Part shown: positions 1-14,285 of the stretch, in pieces
Layout: each line of letters begins with the position of its first letter
Position numbering within the stretch: the first letter of the stretch is position 1
NCBI GenBank assembly: GCA_013265495.1
Contig: MU058570.1
Coordinates: 1 to 64,000 of the forward strand
Source: Vicugna vicugna
Lineage: Eukaryota
Direction of reading: 5' to 3'
Length of the DNA stretch: 64,000 bases
Position numbers and translations under genes: made by a program
Notes under the pieces: model-generated
Databases searched by the model: none
Told to the model about the DNA's origin: nothing
The model's input: only the letters and a program-made list of their open reading frames with translations

Positions 1-3000
1 CAGAATTCTCATCCCAATCTTTGACCCTGTCAGTGGCCAATAGGGCTTCCCTCAGGGCTGACACGGTCTCACCCTGTCTACTTTCCATCAGCCCTTCTGC
101 ATCCTTCATGGCCTCTGGGTCCATGGGACCCCATGTCTGGATCTGGAAGCTGGTGTGCAGCCCAGAGAGAGGTGGGGAGGGGCCCCCTGGGTAGAAGTCA
201 TCTATCTCAGGTCTAAGAAGCAGTGTGTCCCAGGGCACCACCGACAATGGTCACCAGGCATCTGACCACCTGACATGGGACTGGAGGCAGCTCCTCCCAC
301 CCAGCGGGACCCCTCCCCAGCCAATGGTCACCTCCTCCCCCTCTGGTTACCTTTAGTCTTAGCCTCACTCTTCACCTGTGAGAGACCAAGGGGACGCATG
401 AGGGAGAACTGACTGCCCCATCATCATTGCAGGAGCCCTCCTGGGGCCAAGAAGAGAGTGAGTCAGGGCACCCGTGACCCCAGGAATGTGCTGACATCTC
501 ACAGGGATTCTTCCTTCCAGCAACCATTATCATCATCACCTCTATTTCCCAGATAAGAACACTAATGCGAAAGCTTGGAACCTTCCAGAAGCCAAGTCAG
601 TGTCTAACAGTGAGGCTGGTGTCCGAAACCCAGCGTCTGACCCCAGGCCTGCCCCCTACACCACCTCACCACTCTTCAGGGATGGAAAGCCAATTCTCCC
701 ACTCCCATAGTGGAGACACTAACCCAGGTGACCCACATCAAGTTAGTAAACACACTGGGCTCCTTTAAATCCAGTTTCTCATCAAAATCTCAGATTGTTC
801 CAAGTCAGGAGTCTACCAAACACTTTGTAAAAGATGGTTCTGATCAAAGACGGCTGCATCTGAATCTCCAGGCCACCAGTGTGTCCCAGCCTCCAGCAGC
901 TGCCTTTCCAAATAAATGCACTTTGCTAATCAGGTCATGCAGGTGTGCACGCCACTCATCTTTTCTTACCACCTTTAAAAAACGGTATGAGTGAAATGAA
1001 ATGATTCACACAAACTGCAGTCCTCACAGCAAAAGAGCGACTAGTTTCATGTTCAGAAGAATGTGGTTTCTGTTCAACATCAACTGTCTCAGACGGGACA
1101 TTCTGAAAACTCAAGTGGTGGGACAACCTCTGTAGCTGCAAAACTTTGGAAAAGACATCTCTAGAGTGGCTGCTTCATCCTAACCCATGGTCAGAGGGAA
1201 GTACCCAGTGGGTGGCTTTGCAGGAGGAGATGGTAATGCCTGGCTGCCCGGGACAGGCTCCAGGCGTGGGATGGCAATTCCACCCAAAGCAGCCAAAGGT
1301 GGCAGAAGTTTCTAGAAACACTTTAACTACTCAGTGGTAAGGACATCCATCACAAAATTTCAGAACTTTTTTTTCACAGTACCTTCTCGACTTGCAGATC
1401 GCAAATTTGAAGCGCCTGCCCCAGCTTGCCCGGCCTGCTCTGACTCCCCCCACCCCTTTGTGAGGTCCCTCGGGTCATTCCTCTTCTGTCCCAAAAACCC
1501 AAGGAGAGCCACACTGGGCAGCCCTCCCTGCCCCCTACTCCAACCAAACACACACCTGCATGGATCCCACTATCAGTGGCTTACAGGACCCTCAGTCTTC
1601 AGTGGGAAACAACTTACTGTCTTCCTGGGGGTGCCTGCTATCCAGCTGCAAAGCCTCCCCCTCCAGGCAAGGGCTGGAACCTGGCCAACTTCACAGCATG
1701 GCCCATGGATCACACTGTCCCAGGGCAAGAGGCCCCTGGCCAAAGTTACCGCTCACTGGTGAGGGCGGGGCCGGGCCTGGCTTTCTGCAGGAGACTGACA
1801 AGCTCTGCCACGCTTCTTTCCTCGGACTCCGCAATCCCACAAGTTCCAAAGGACGCCAGCCCAGAACGTTCACTCCGCTCCACTTTTAACAAAAGTGAAA
1901 ACTTGTCATCTAAACGTATACTCACAGGAACTGGCTAAATAAATACAACACTACAGCCTGCCCAGCAGGCGGCACAGACCATCAAGCCAATGCTTACTCA
2001 CAAGTACGGATGGACATGATGTATTACTAGATGCAAAGAGGAGATGATAAAAGAGCACTGAAATGTAGGCTTATTCACGAAGGAAAGAAAAAAAAAGCCA
2101 TCAAGTCACCCGCCCTTCTGGGTGTGGGCGTCACCACTCCAAACACTCCCTGCAGCCGACTCTCTGATCCCAGCAGGGCAGCACCACCTGCTTCTGCAGG
2201 TGAGCTCACTGGGGCCAAGTGGATCTGATCTCAGAGCCAGGGCACAGAGCCAGGGCACCAGGCGGGCTGACCGTGACCGCCATGCAGGCAGAGGACGGGG
2301 GCCGGGTGTTGAGGGAGCTCAGTTCTGGGCAGGGGACTTCCGAGGCATCTTTAATATTTTCTTGGGACTTCTCTGTATTTTCTAACTTGTTTACATTAGA
2401 AAATGCATTCTTTTTGTATCTTTCTTACAAAACAGTCATGTCATTTCCAAACAACATCATTTGCCCCTAGGCCACCCCACAGCAAAGAGGAAGGTGGCCC
2501 TGAGTCCCCCCAAGAGTGCAGTCCTGCCATCCTCAGGGCCACACCCAGCACTTCCAGTCCTCAGACCAGGACCCGGACTTGCTAGTCTGCAGGGCAACTC
2601 TGGTTACTCAAGTCTTTCTCTCCTGGCATCACACCTCATTCACCTCCGCGTCTCTGCTGCTCTGCCCCATCCCTTTATTCCCCAGAGAGCTTTAAATCAG
2701 TCCAGGTGCTGGGCCCAGCAGCCTGGGCCCCAGCTCTGGGTCCCCTTACTAGCTGTGTGACTCCAGGTCAGCTACTTGACCCCTGAGCTGTGAGACGGAG
2801 CTGGCCTCAACAAGTGCGCGGGCGACTGATAACACCAGTCGGCACGGTCTAACCGACATTCAGCAGTAATACTAAAATCTACTACAGAATGGCCTGGGCC
2901 CTTTGCTGAGCCTTTAACAAGATTGTCACAAGGTAGCTGCCTAATCCTGCTAAGAAAGACCAGCTCTGCCAAGTTTCACATTTTGCTCTTTCTACAACTT

Positions 3001-3134
3001 TTCCCCAAAGAAACTGATCAGAGAGGGAGACAGCTTGTTCTTGGCACACAAGAAATCCATTTCTTCTGTGCACCTCCAAGCAGCTCCGGTCTCAGCCTGC
3101 GACTCTCACATCTTGTCCTAAAAGGTGTCACCCT

Positions 3135-3370
3135 GCAAGGTTAACATTTCTATAGTTCTAACATGTGCCAGACAGTGTTCTGGGCTTTTCACGTACAGTC
3201 ATTCATTCAATCCTCATAACCAGCTAGTGAGATAGATACTCTCAGTAGATCCATTCTACAGATAAGGAAACTGAGATACAGAATAAATTGCCCCATACCA
3301 CACAAAGAGTAATAGTGGAGACAGAATTCAAATCCCAGTAATTTGGTGTTGTTCTTAACCATACAGTTCT
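3135..3370 (-). mobile_element. MIR SINE
   Basis: cattctacagataaggaaactgag core and attcaaatcccag. Other MIR fragments occur near 0.55, 2.75, 7.3, 12.5, 24.2, 25.9, 28.6, 31.7, 35.2, 38.2 and 52.9 kb. Confidence 0.8.
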
Positions 3371-4501
3371 GACTCGGAACAAGCAGCTATAAAATAGCAT
3401 CTCCTCAGAGGAAATGACGCATTCAGTGATGTATGGTATAGCTCACATTGTATTCGTCTCCTAGCTCAGATCTTTCAAAACCTCTTTGTTGTTAGCAAAG
3501 AGGAGGCAATCTCCAGTCTACCACTGAGCACCTGTTTCACCCGTTTCACCACAAACTCCAGTGACCTTGGACTGCCTCGGGGCATCCTCCCCTAAGTGAA
3601 GATCCTCCATTCCTCCATCTGGTAAGCCAAAACAACTTTTTCTCACCTTTCCAGGCACGAGTGGGGCAAGGCTGCAAGTCCTTTGCACATTTTGGCAGGT
3701 GGCTTAGCTCCTCAGCTTTGAGCACAAATTCTTATCAGCAGAGCAAAGTCTCTGAAAACTTCAAAACTGTCTGGGACTGCCTTTTCCTCCGAGGATTATA
3801 CAGAGGCTCCCTCCCAGCCCTCTGTCACTCCGTGGGCCAATCCAGGGCCATGGAGGAAGCTGCGGCCTGGAGAGCAGCAGCAGTCATGTGGGAGGTGGAG
3901 GCTGGAATCTCTGCTCTGCTGCGGGCGCTGCTGCATCAGGCTCTCAAGTGTTCTTATCAGCCAGCGCACGGGTGGCTTATTCTGCCAGGGCAAGGGCAGG
4001 CGTAAAGCAGGCACAGGCCATTCTTGTCTTAACTCATAATCTTGAGCCAACCACAGCGAAATTGTGGGGGTTTGTTATGAAGCAGAGTGCCCCGGGCTGC
4101 TTCAGATCTGTCGAAGTCACAGACCGTTAGGACCGCAAGGGCCCTTGCAGAGCAGGCAGCCTGACTTTGTTTTTCAGTGGAGGAAACAGATTTAGGGAAG
4201 TCCAGGGGACACATACGTGAGCCCTGCAATGTGCCAGGTGCTCAGCTAGATGCTAGGATTCAAAGAAGAAGCCACTCCCTGCTCTCAAGACCCCAAAACA
4301 TCATACCAATATGATATAAGGGATTGATGGAGGCAAGCCCAGGATGCTGTAAGCCTTCAAGGGCCACAAGAAAAGCTTTTTTTTTTTCTTTTCTTTTGGA
4401 GGAAATAACCCCTGAGCTGAGTGATGGAAGAAACAAAATACTTTCTATGATTCTATCCACTAGATTTGATCCACCCTCCAAGCTCCCCTAATTCTGTAAG
4501 C

Positions 4502-4617
4502 NNNNNNNNNNNNNNNNNNNNNNNNNNNNNNNNNNNNNNNNNNNNNNNNNNNNNNNNNNNNNNNNNNNNNNNNNNNNNNNNNNNNNNNNNNNNNNNNNNN
4601 NNNNNNNNNNNNNNNNN
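4502..4617. other. Assembly gap (116 N)
   Basis: Run of n. Confidence 1.
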
Positions 4618-5691
4618 TCTTATCATTATTATTTCCATCAAAATTTACCTTATTTGTGTTTCATCCAGTCAGGATCTAAGAGGCTGATAAATTAATATGT
4701 AAATGCAAATGCCTAAGGTGTAGGCTATGAGTCCAAGCTAAAAATAAGTACCATCACATAATCTGTAAGAAAGGTTCTCAATTTGGAATTAAAAATGATT
4801 CTCATTATGTTCCCTAGTATCTGAAATTATTTGTTTTAAACTGTTTTAATGGTTGCTCAGGACCTGTAAAGTCAATATAGCATATTATGACCTGGTGCTT
4901 TAAGTTAAATAAATAGACCAGAATAGGCAAATATCCAATTATGTTGCATGAAGAAAGTTAAACAGTTTTCTGAAATTTTTTACTTAATTTTCCATATGTA
5001 TGTGTGAACAAGGTCATTAGATAAACTGTATTTCTAATGATAAATCATAATCAAAAAGGTCTGAAAGCCATAGTTCTATAACACACATTTTTTTTTAAGT
5101 AAGGAGCTATATTGGATTTACCTCTACCCCAGGAACGTTGTAAACATCAGGCACATAGACATTTACAAATATTGCTTGAACTAAATGCAACTGTCCAAGT
5201 TCTGCCATTTACTGACAATATAAACATCAGCAAATCAATTAATCTGAGTGACAGAATACTCGGTATTCACAGAGATATGAACACCATTGTTGACCATTGA
5301 GTCTTATAGTGGGAATGTGTATAAAATTAGCAGAGGAGACTCCTTGGAGCAGGAGCCTAAAGTACTGTATGAAACCCAAGGGGTCTTGAGTACAGAATAA
5401 TATGGGAAAAAGAAATTAATGTGAGATATTGGAGAGTGACGCCTTGGCCAGGGCTGAAGTGCAAAGCAGGTTTCTGACTGTCTCAGAAGAGTTTATGTGA
5501 TGAGCGGACTCTTCAAAAAATCAAAATTATCTCAGTCATACTAAAAGATAGACTAGAACTCAAAATGCGAGAAGAAAAAAAAAGAAAGAAAAAGCAAACT
5601 GCAGTAGAAATAAATACTAATCCAACATATATTTGTTTAAAAAGCTTCCTAAGGGTGGATAACCAGAGAGCATATAAAAGAGGCTACTCAT

Positions 5692-6160
5692 TGTATTAAG
5701 GTTATATAGAGAAATCTACAGAGATTTGTCATAAGGAATTGGCTCACGTGATTATGGAGGCTGAAAAGTCACCAGATCTGCAGTCAGCAAGCTGGAGACC
5801 CAAGAAAGCCAATGGCATGTGGTCCTAGTCCAGAGGCCTGAGAAGTGGAAGCAAAGGTATAAGTCCCAGTCTGAGTCGAAGTCTGAGTCTGAAGGCAGGA
5901 GTAGCCCCATGTCCCAGTGAAGACAGGCAGGAAGGAAGGATGCATTGTCCCTTCCTCTGACTTTTTGTTCTATTCAGGCTTTCAACCAATTGAATGAGGC
6001 TCATCCACGTTGGGGAAGGCAAACAGGTTTACTCAGTCTTCAGATTCAAATGTTAATCTCATCTAGAAATACTCTCAGATACATACCCAGAATAATGTTT
6101 GACCAAATATCTGGATTCCTGGTTGTCCAGTCAACTTGACACATAAAATTAATCATCACC
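5692..6160 (-). mobile_element. MLT2-type (ERVL) solo LTR
   Basis: gaattggctcacgtgattatggaggctga...gtcaacttgacacataaaattaatcatcac; 5-bp TSD ctcat at 5687-5691 and 6161-6165. Confidence 0.9.
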
Positions 6161-7779
6161 CTCATGTAAAATAAGTGTGAAGTTCTTTTTAAAGTAAATA
6201 GAACATTTTTTTCCTCTTTCCCTTTGAACATCCCTCAAAATGACAGTAAATGTATGAAAAATGTATGAAGCTATAATAGAATAGAGAAAGGGAAATAGGC
6301 CATCATGTTCTGGGTGGTTTCCATCTCTTTATGAGAAGTTAAAAGGGAACTAAAAGGAGTGGTAACTAAAGAAATAAGGGAAAGAATTCAGAGAACACCC
6401 CAAATAGGTGTCTGTCTGCCTCGCAGGATGCCACGGAGGTTCAGACTCCCAGATGCTAGATAGTAGGGGAGGCAGGAATTAGCTGTGAGGATGGGAGCAG
6501 TGAGAGCAACTGAAAATTATCATCAGAATAAAAGTTCTCCTACCCACACGGCTCTCTCCACACTCTCTCCCCCCCAACACAACTGCTCTGATTCATTTCT
6601 AATTCATTTTCTTAGCTAAATCATGCATTGATTTTTTTAAGCTACGATGAACAGCACATTTATTGAGTTGAATTTTACGACCAGTGATGGCACAAGGAGA
6701 ACCTCCAATCTGGAGACTTCTGGGATGTGTGGTAGGTGGGGAACAGGCATCAGGAATCCCATCCACTCACTCATTCATCTCCCTCAATGCCGCAGAGTTC
6801 CACCTTCAGGCCAGCAAGGAGCACACCTTATATGTTCCTTGATTTGTTTCTTTCTTTCTGATAAATTTTTAAAGTTATGTACAAGTTCAATTTCTAGTTC
6901 TACCACCCAGAAGTATACGCTGTTCACAAATTGTGATATTTGCTTTCTGGCTTTTCTTTTTTCCCTCTTTTAATTAATCAGCAATAGATAGAACTAAAAT
7001 CCTTTTAAATGACATTCCCATTTCCCTGTTTTCCCCATTTTCAGCACACACAATCCCTATTCATACTTTGGTATGTGGTTTTCTTCCAAGTCATTTTTTA
7101 ATAATTTTACATACACTGGATTCATAAAAAGTATATAGTAATTATTCACATGTTTTGATATTCATGTGGTAATATAACCTTCATCTTAGTTTTTATTCAA
7201 AATTATGTATTTTTTAGCTTTTGGTTTTAAATTACAGTGATAGCTAACAGTTATAGAACATTTTCTATGAACTAGGAACTTCAAAAAAATTTTTCAATAT
7301 ATTTATATATTTAATTCTCACAGTAAAACCATGAGATAAGTGATATAATCATTATTATTTTTAAAATGAGGGGACACTGTGATCTTCTAAATAAAGATGA
7401 ACTTGTTGAGGGTTAAAAAGCATCAATATTAACACTGCAAGTATGGAGCCTACACTCTACCTCTGCACGCTAGTTACCACTCGTTTTATTTACCTTTTAA
7501 AAACTAAATATGGAGATACACTCTAGTATATGTTTTTCCATTGCTGGAGAGAATTTATTATATACATATATAATTGCATTTTTATATAGACCAATTGATA
7601 AATATATATATTATTTTGATTGGTACTTTTCTGATTGCTGGTGAATTTAAGTTTCTATTCATATTTGTATTGGTCATTGGAAATCTTTTCTTCCATTAGT
7701 TGTATATTCTCATTTTTTTAAACCATCTAATTATTTTGCTGTTTGGCTTTTCAGTATTAATATACAAGAATTCTTTATA

Positions 7780-10700
7780 TAAATAATGAAACAAAAGATG
7801 GGAGAAGAGAGAAGGAAAAGAAAAGTAGAATTAGATCATTGATTATTGTAAAGGCAAAAGGTTAGAGTTGAAGAGGATGAATAAAATCTGATAAACAAAA
7901 CAGCAACAAGTTAAGTAAGAAACAAGAGACAAAAGGCTCTAAGAGCAGTGTATGCCCAAAGGTAACTATGAGACAACACTACAAACCCTCCCAAATACCA
8001 ACATTAAAGAAAAATTATAGATTAAAAAGCAAAAGTTACACATTTTGTGGAGAGCAAAAAATGGGACATATCGCACAATACACACAATCATATAATATTA
8101 TGACCGAGTTGAGGCCAAACATATAAGTCATCAAGAATGTGTATAGGTGTAAAAAGTTTCCATGAAGCTTACAAACTAAGACCCAACTATATTCTGTCTA
8201 CTAGGAACACACCTAAAACAAAGTTATTCAGAAAGGTTAAAAATAAAGAGAAGGACAAAGGTATAATGGATATATGAAAACGAGAAAGTAAGAGAAGTAA
8301 TTCTGATCCAAGACAAAGAATTCAAGTCAAAAAATATTAAACATGACAAAGAAAAATACTTTTAAAGCTTAAAAGCCACAATTCATAATGGAAATATTAA
8401 AATTATAAATATTTTTGCACCAAATAACATGGCAACCACCTTTCTGACAGACAGAAAGACACTAATAATCAGAGACTAATACACTTCTCCTAGTACAAGA
8501 GAAAGGTTAAAAAACAAATATGGAGATGAAAGTACAAAACCACAAAAACATAAGGTAGTTTTTATGGATATACATTAAACTCTCTACCCTGGTGATGGAA
8601 AGTATACCTTCCTCTCAAATGCCTATGGAATATTCACAAAAAATTAGCAAGTAATAGTTTACAGAGAAAATTAATAAGTTCTAGGAAATAAGAAGACATA
8701 TTTCAACAGTCTGTGAACATAAGGAAATAAAATTAGAAGTGATCGACAAAAATAAGAAGGCCTTTCTACCTAGAAATTTTAAAACTTTATATTAAAACAC
8801 TTCTGAATGAAAAGGGGAAATACAAATTGAAATGACAGAATGTCTAAAAAGTAATGAATATGAAAACACTACTTTATTCTAATGAGTATGAGGTATATTT
8901 AATGTAGTGATCAGAAAAAAATCACAACACTAAATATTTTTAATGAGTAAAATGAAAAAACTCAGCTCAGAAAACTACAAAAAGGAACAATAAAAGAAAA
9001 AAGATCAAAAATGAAATAATAGAGATAAAAGCAGAAAAATGAGGTGGTGAGAGAAAAATAGTAAGCCTAATTTGTAAACAAATTCCTGATTTAAAAAAAA
9101 GAACAAAAGAGACAAATAACTAGCAAAATTAGTCAAGAAAAGGGGAGAAATCACAAATAAATACATTAAGAATTGACAAGGAGGAAAGGTCAATGAAAGA
9201 AAAAAAATTTAAGACACTTTTTTCAGACTTTTGTACAAATAAACTTAAAAACTGAGATAAAGTGGATAATTTTCAATACAAACATTGATTATTAAAATGG
9301 ACCCTAAGTTAGAAATCTTAAATAGTCCTATTTTCATAGAAGAATGTAGCATATGTTACTAAGTATAAGGGTCAAATTATTTCACAGGGGAATTTAACCA
9401 AATCATCAAACACAGACAGCCCCAATGCTCTATAAGTTGTCCAGTACATTAAAAATGGAGCAAAACTCTGATTTTTTAGTATGAGATATGGTTAACATTA
9501 ACATCTAAATGTGATTAAAAAAACAGTACATAAAAGAAAATTACAGACACATATCACTTAAAAATATAAATACAAAAATACTAGATAAAATACTAAGGAA
9601 CAAAATCAACATAAGACAATAATACAATATCAAAGTGGAATTTATTCCAGGAATGCAAGGTTGGTCCAATATTAGTAAACCCATTAACATCATATGTCAT
9701 ACTGATAAATTCAAATTGCAAAATTCATATGATTACCTCCATAGATGCTGAAAATGTTTTTGCAAAATTTAACACTCAATAAAAATTGAGGGGTGACAAT
9801 GAATATATATATGTTCATGTATAACTGAAAAATTGTGCTTTACACTGGAATTTGACACAACATTGTAAAATGATTATAAATCAATAAAAAATGTTAAAAA
9901 ATAAAAAAATTGAGGGATGACTGATATTTCCTTAATAAGAATATATATGCATTTATATATTTTATACATTTATTTTTATGTAAATATAAATATATGTTTA
10001 ATAAAGACATTTTCCCCAGAAAGAAAATACAGATCTAATTAACCACAAATAGATAATTTCCACTAAAATCAGAAATAAGGCAAAAGGATGCCCTTCTCAA
10101 TATTGTACTGAAAGTATTAGATACTGTAATTAAGAGAAATCAGTTCTAAGCATAAGAATTAGTAAAGAGAAAGGAAAAAAAAAAACCTCTTTTTGTGGAA
10201 GACCTGATATTAAGCCTCAATATCCTAGAGAATCAATAATAGAACTAACTCAAATAACAAAAAAATTCAGTAAGTTATCATAATTGACAACTAACAAGAA
10301 ATTGATTAGAGGATACAATGTTACAGAGGAAATCCACTTACAACTGAAGCAAAGAAATTAAATACTTAGGAACAAACATAACAAGAAATGTATAAAACTA
10401 ATGCAAGGAAAATTCTAAAGTATTTCCAGCAGACATTAAAGTTAACTCAATCAAATGAAAAGACATCCTTTTCCTTGACTACGATGACTCAACATTATAA
10501 CGATGTCAGTTATTCCTAAATTAATTTCTAAATTGAACACAATCCTCATAAAAATTCCAACAAGCTTTTTTTATGGAGTTAGCCAATTTGATCCTAAAGT
10601 TCAAGTTAGAAATTAATAAACATGCATGAACACCAGGACATTAAACATAACTACAGAGCCTGTATAAATAGTGTAGTATGGATATATGAATAAATAATTA

Positions 10701-11110
10701 CACTGGCATAAAAAATAGCTCAGAAATACAGCTATGTACGAATGAAAATTTGTTATATAATAAAGATATCTCAAAACACTGGGACCAGAATAGACATAAT
10801 AAACGGTGCCAGACAGTTCATTTGCCATTTGGAAAAAAAAAGATAAAATTAGCTCCATACCTTATATTCAAGGATATGGATTCAATATCGATACTTCAAA
10901 TGGATTAATGAAACCCCGAATACTAGTAGAAAACATGGGTGGGTTCTTCCTTAACCTCAGTGTGGAGAAAGGCTTTTCAACTATTACTGAAAATCTAAAG
11001 ACAATAAAGGAAAAGATTGGTAAATTTGACTACATTATTTTAAAAAAGTCATGACAAAAAATATCCCAAAACTGAAATCAAAAGAAAACTGACAAACTGG
11101 GAGAAAACTT
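7780..11110 (+). mobile_element. Old decayed L1 ORF2 remnant
   Basis: A-rich; RT-region motifs such as tattccaggaatgcaaggttgg (IPGMQGW) and tccatagatgctgaaaatgtttttg. Confidence 0.85.
9793..9905 (+). mobile_element. Young 5'-truncated L1 3'-end insertion nested in the older L1
   Basis: gacacaacattgtaaaatgattataaatcaataaaa tail; flanking direct repeat aaaaattgaggg. Confidence 0.75.
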
Positions 11111-11262
11111 GTAGCACAACAGTTTTATGTCCCTTAATAATTGATAAGTACAGCTGCTTTTGTTTCTATTTATTGTGTTCAATGATATATTTGGATTTAT
11201 TTTTACAATCTATTTTGTGTTAATATTTCCCCCCTTTTTTAATCTTCTATTTGAGACACTGA

Positions 11263-11385
11263 GTTTCTTTCTTTCTTCCTTCCTTCCTCTCTCCCTTCCT
11301 TCCTCTCTCCCTCTCTCCCTTTCTCCCTTTCTTTCTTTCTTTCTTTCCTTTCTTTCCTTTCTTTCCTTTCTCTTCCTTCCTTCCT
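11263..11385. repeat. CT-rich low-complexity (TTTC/TTCC)n tract
   Basis: Direct reading. Confidence 0.9.
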
Positions 11386-14104
11386 ATTACACTTTATTCA
11401 TTTAATAAATATTAATGGACAGCAATGGATTTTTAATATACATGTTAAATGTATTTTAACAGTCTAAACATTACTCAGTATTTCTCTCCTCCCACAAATA
11501 AAACAAAAGACTTAGTTTCAATACAATACCTCCTTCTCTCATATTATTATTTTCTAGCTAAAAGAAAAAAAACAGTAAGTTATTGTTCCTTTTTGAATAT
11601 TTTATAGTCATTATTTATGGAAGTTTATTCTTATGTCACACTGATTTTTGTCTACTGTTGCTTTTCATCTCACACCTTTTCTTTTTCATTCCTCTCTCTC
11701 TCTTTTTTTTTTTTTTTTTGTAGTTCTTTCAGCAAGGATCTGTGGGAGTATATTGTACAAATCCTTGTATTTCTGAAAAAAAAAGTCAGGCTGGCTGCAG
11801 AATGTTAGTTCACAATCTTTTGTACTGAGCACTTTGAAGACATTTATGTTACCATTCTCCAGCATCTATTGGTGCTGATGCAAACTGTCAGTGTGGCTGC
11901 TCTATTGTGAGCAGTTTCTGTGGGAGCCTTTAGGATGATCCTCCATTTTTCCATACAAAGGGCATCCTGTGGCTTTGTTTTTAATTTTGCTTGGGAGCAA
12001 GGACTTTTCAAAATGAAATTCCATGTCTTTCTTCAACGTTAGAGATTCTCAGCCATTCTAATTTGCACATTGCCTCTTTTCTCAATTGTCTCTACTCTTT
12101 CTTGGAGCTCCCAGTAGACAATGTTGAGCATCACATTCTGGCTTCCGTTTCTTAACTTCCTTTTTATATTTCTCATCTCTTTCAATTTCCGAGTAGCATT
12201 CTGGAGGATTTTCTCAATGTTACCATGCAGTTGACTAATTCTGTATTCAGCTATGACAATTGCACTATTTGCTCTTAAAATGATATGTTTTCTTTCTTAA
12301 AGCTATAATGGCTATAAATTTAATTTCTAAGATTTCTACTTGATCCATTTGAATGACTAGTTTTGTTCCAGTTTTATGGCTATAACATTCCACTTTATTG
12401 CCTTGCAATTAAATAAAAAAAAAGAACCACTTATTTTAAAGTATCTCACTGGCCTTCCAGGGGAGCTGAATCACATAATGGTTAAGAGCACAGACTGGAG
12501 AGAAAGAGCCCCAGTTCAAACTATAGCTCTACACCTACTCCTTACTGACTGTGACACTGGACTAATTAAAACTGGGGCAGCTCGATGTTTTTTATAAAGT
12601 AAAACATAATGAAAACATTGCCTATGACATGTTTATAACAGAGCCGTAGAGTAAGCAGTCACTAAAGACTCACTATAAAATTATCTCTTGTTTTTTTCTT
12701 TATTTGTTTTCCATGGTGCTGAACTTCCTAATGTTTTGTGTGTGTGTGTGTGTGTTTTCCCTGCCTGAGATTTTATCTTTTGTGGAATTACTTCTTGTGG
12801 GAATTTTCTCCCAAGAGTGTGCTGAGGTTTAGAGACTGCATGATGTCGAGTTTCCATGTTGTCTGCCAGGGTACGCTGGATGCACTGGTTTTAAACCAGG
12901 TCTCATCTTGTGCTGGTAAACCTGGAGGATGGGGTGGGAGGATGAACAGTTTCAGTCTGGACCATGCATAAGAAGACCCACACTAAAACAGCTGGACTCC
13001 TGAATTAATCAAGGAGGAAGCATGTGTGAGAGCAGCATGCTTTGTTTCAGGTTTTACCACAGTTAGTTGACTGAGAGAATAACTTGAAGACCACAATTTC
13101 TGAGAAGTTGTGGGCGCAGAATTTTAAGAAATTTGTTAGTGAGAATTGAAGAAGTTGAAGTCATGATAAAGACTATTCTTTCAAGACTTTGGGGGTGATT
13201 GGAAGGAGAGACATGATAGTGGTAGCTTGAGTAGTAATAAGTAGGAATTACTTTTCAAAGGATGAATGAGATATGAGCTGTCTACAAGGTGAATAGTGGG
13301 CAGGCGGAGGTTTGGAAAGATGGTAGGTCCATCAAAACAAACTGGGAAGAACATGAAAGGATGATATTTCTAAGGAAATTTATGGTGACGGGAACAGAAG
13401 GTAAGGTGACTTCTTTGGTAACCCCAATCTATCCACTAAGGAGGAGGTGAAGGCATAGAAGCTTTGGAAAGATTCTCACTCTTTCCATTAGGTTCCTGGA
13501 AGAATTGCAAACAGAAACTCCATATTTTGTTAAATTATTAAGTATTTTGGTAGATGGAATTCTCTTTTTCGGTTGGCCTCACTGTATCTAAATACCACTT
13601 AGCTGCAGGACAGGATGATTCCCATGGAAAGTCCAGGAGGCTCTCACTACATATGTTACATCAGAAGTAGAAGGGAGTCGGGTCCAGACTCCATGCTTTT
13701 TTTTGCCTCTAAAAGATATTAAAAACAAGGAGTCCTACTTTGTCTGTAAAGGGAACAGACAGTCAGCATATTTCTGTGAGAGCTGATTTGCTGGTATAAT
13801 TACCCTAATGTAGTATTTATCTTCAAGGTCAGTAGAGGCTGTTAAAAAGGTTATCCCTTTGCCTGGAGAACAGCATCCTCCCCTGACAAATAATTTCTGT
13901 TGGAAGAACATTCTGTAAGTCCATGTTCTCACTACAAACATTATCCAACTTAGCGCTGGAGGACATTTAAAAAACGAAGCCTTCCTTGATCTTTCAAAGC
14001 CAAAATGCCATGGGCTGAATTCTCTTTCCACAAAATAAACAGGATCTTTTAGATGGAGGATTAATTAGGCTTTCAGTCCTTCATCTCCATCTTCTACGCA
14101 AGTG

Positions 14105-14285
14105 TTTTTTTTTAAATAATGTATTTTTTTTATTGAACTCTAGTTGATTCACCACGTTGTGTTAGTTTCAAGTATACAGCAAAGTGATTCAGTTATACAT
14201 ATAGATTATTCTTTTTCTATTGTAAGTTATTACAAGATATTGAATATAGTTCCCTGTGCTATATAGTAGGTCCTTGTTATTTAGA
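14105..14285 (-). mobile_element. L1 3'-UTR fragment (laurasiatherian type)
   Basis: ttattacaagatattgaatatagttccctgtgctatatagtagg. Confidence 0.8.

Noticed and set aside
1334..1938. Overlapping 109-142 aa ORFs
   Set aside because: GC-rich chance ORFs with no recognisable domain or splice structure.
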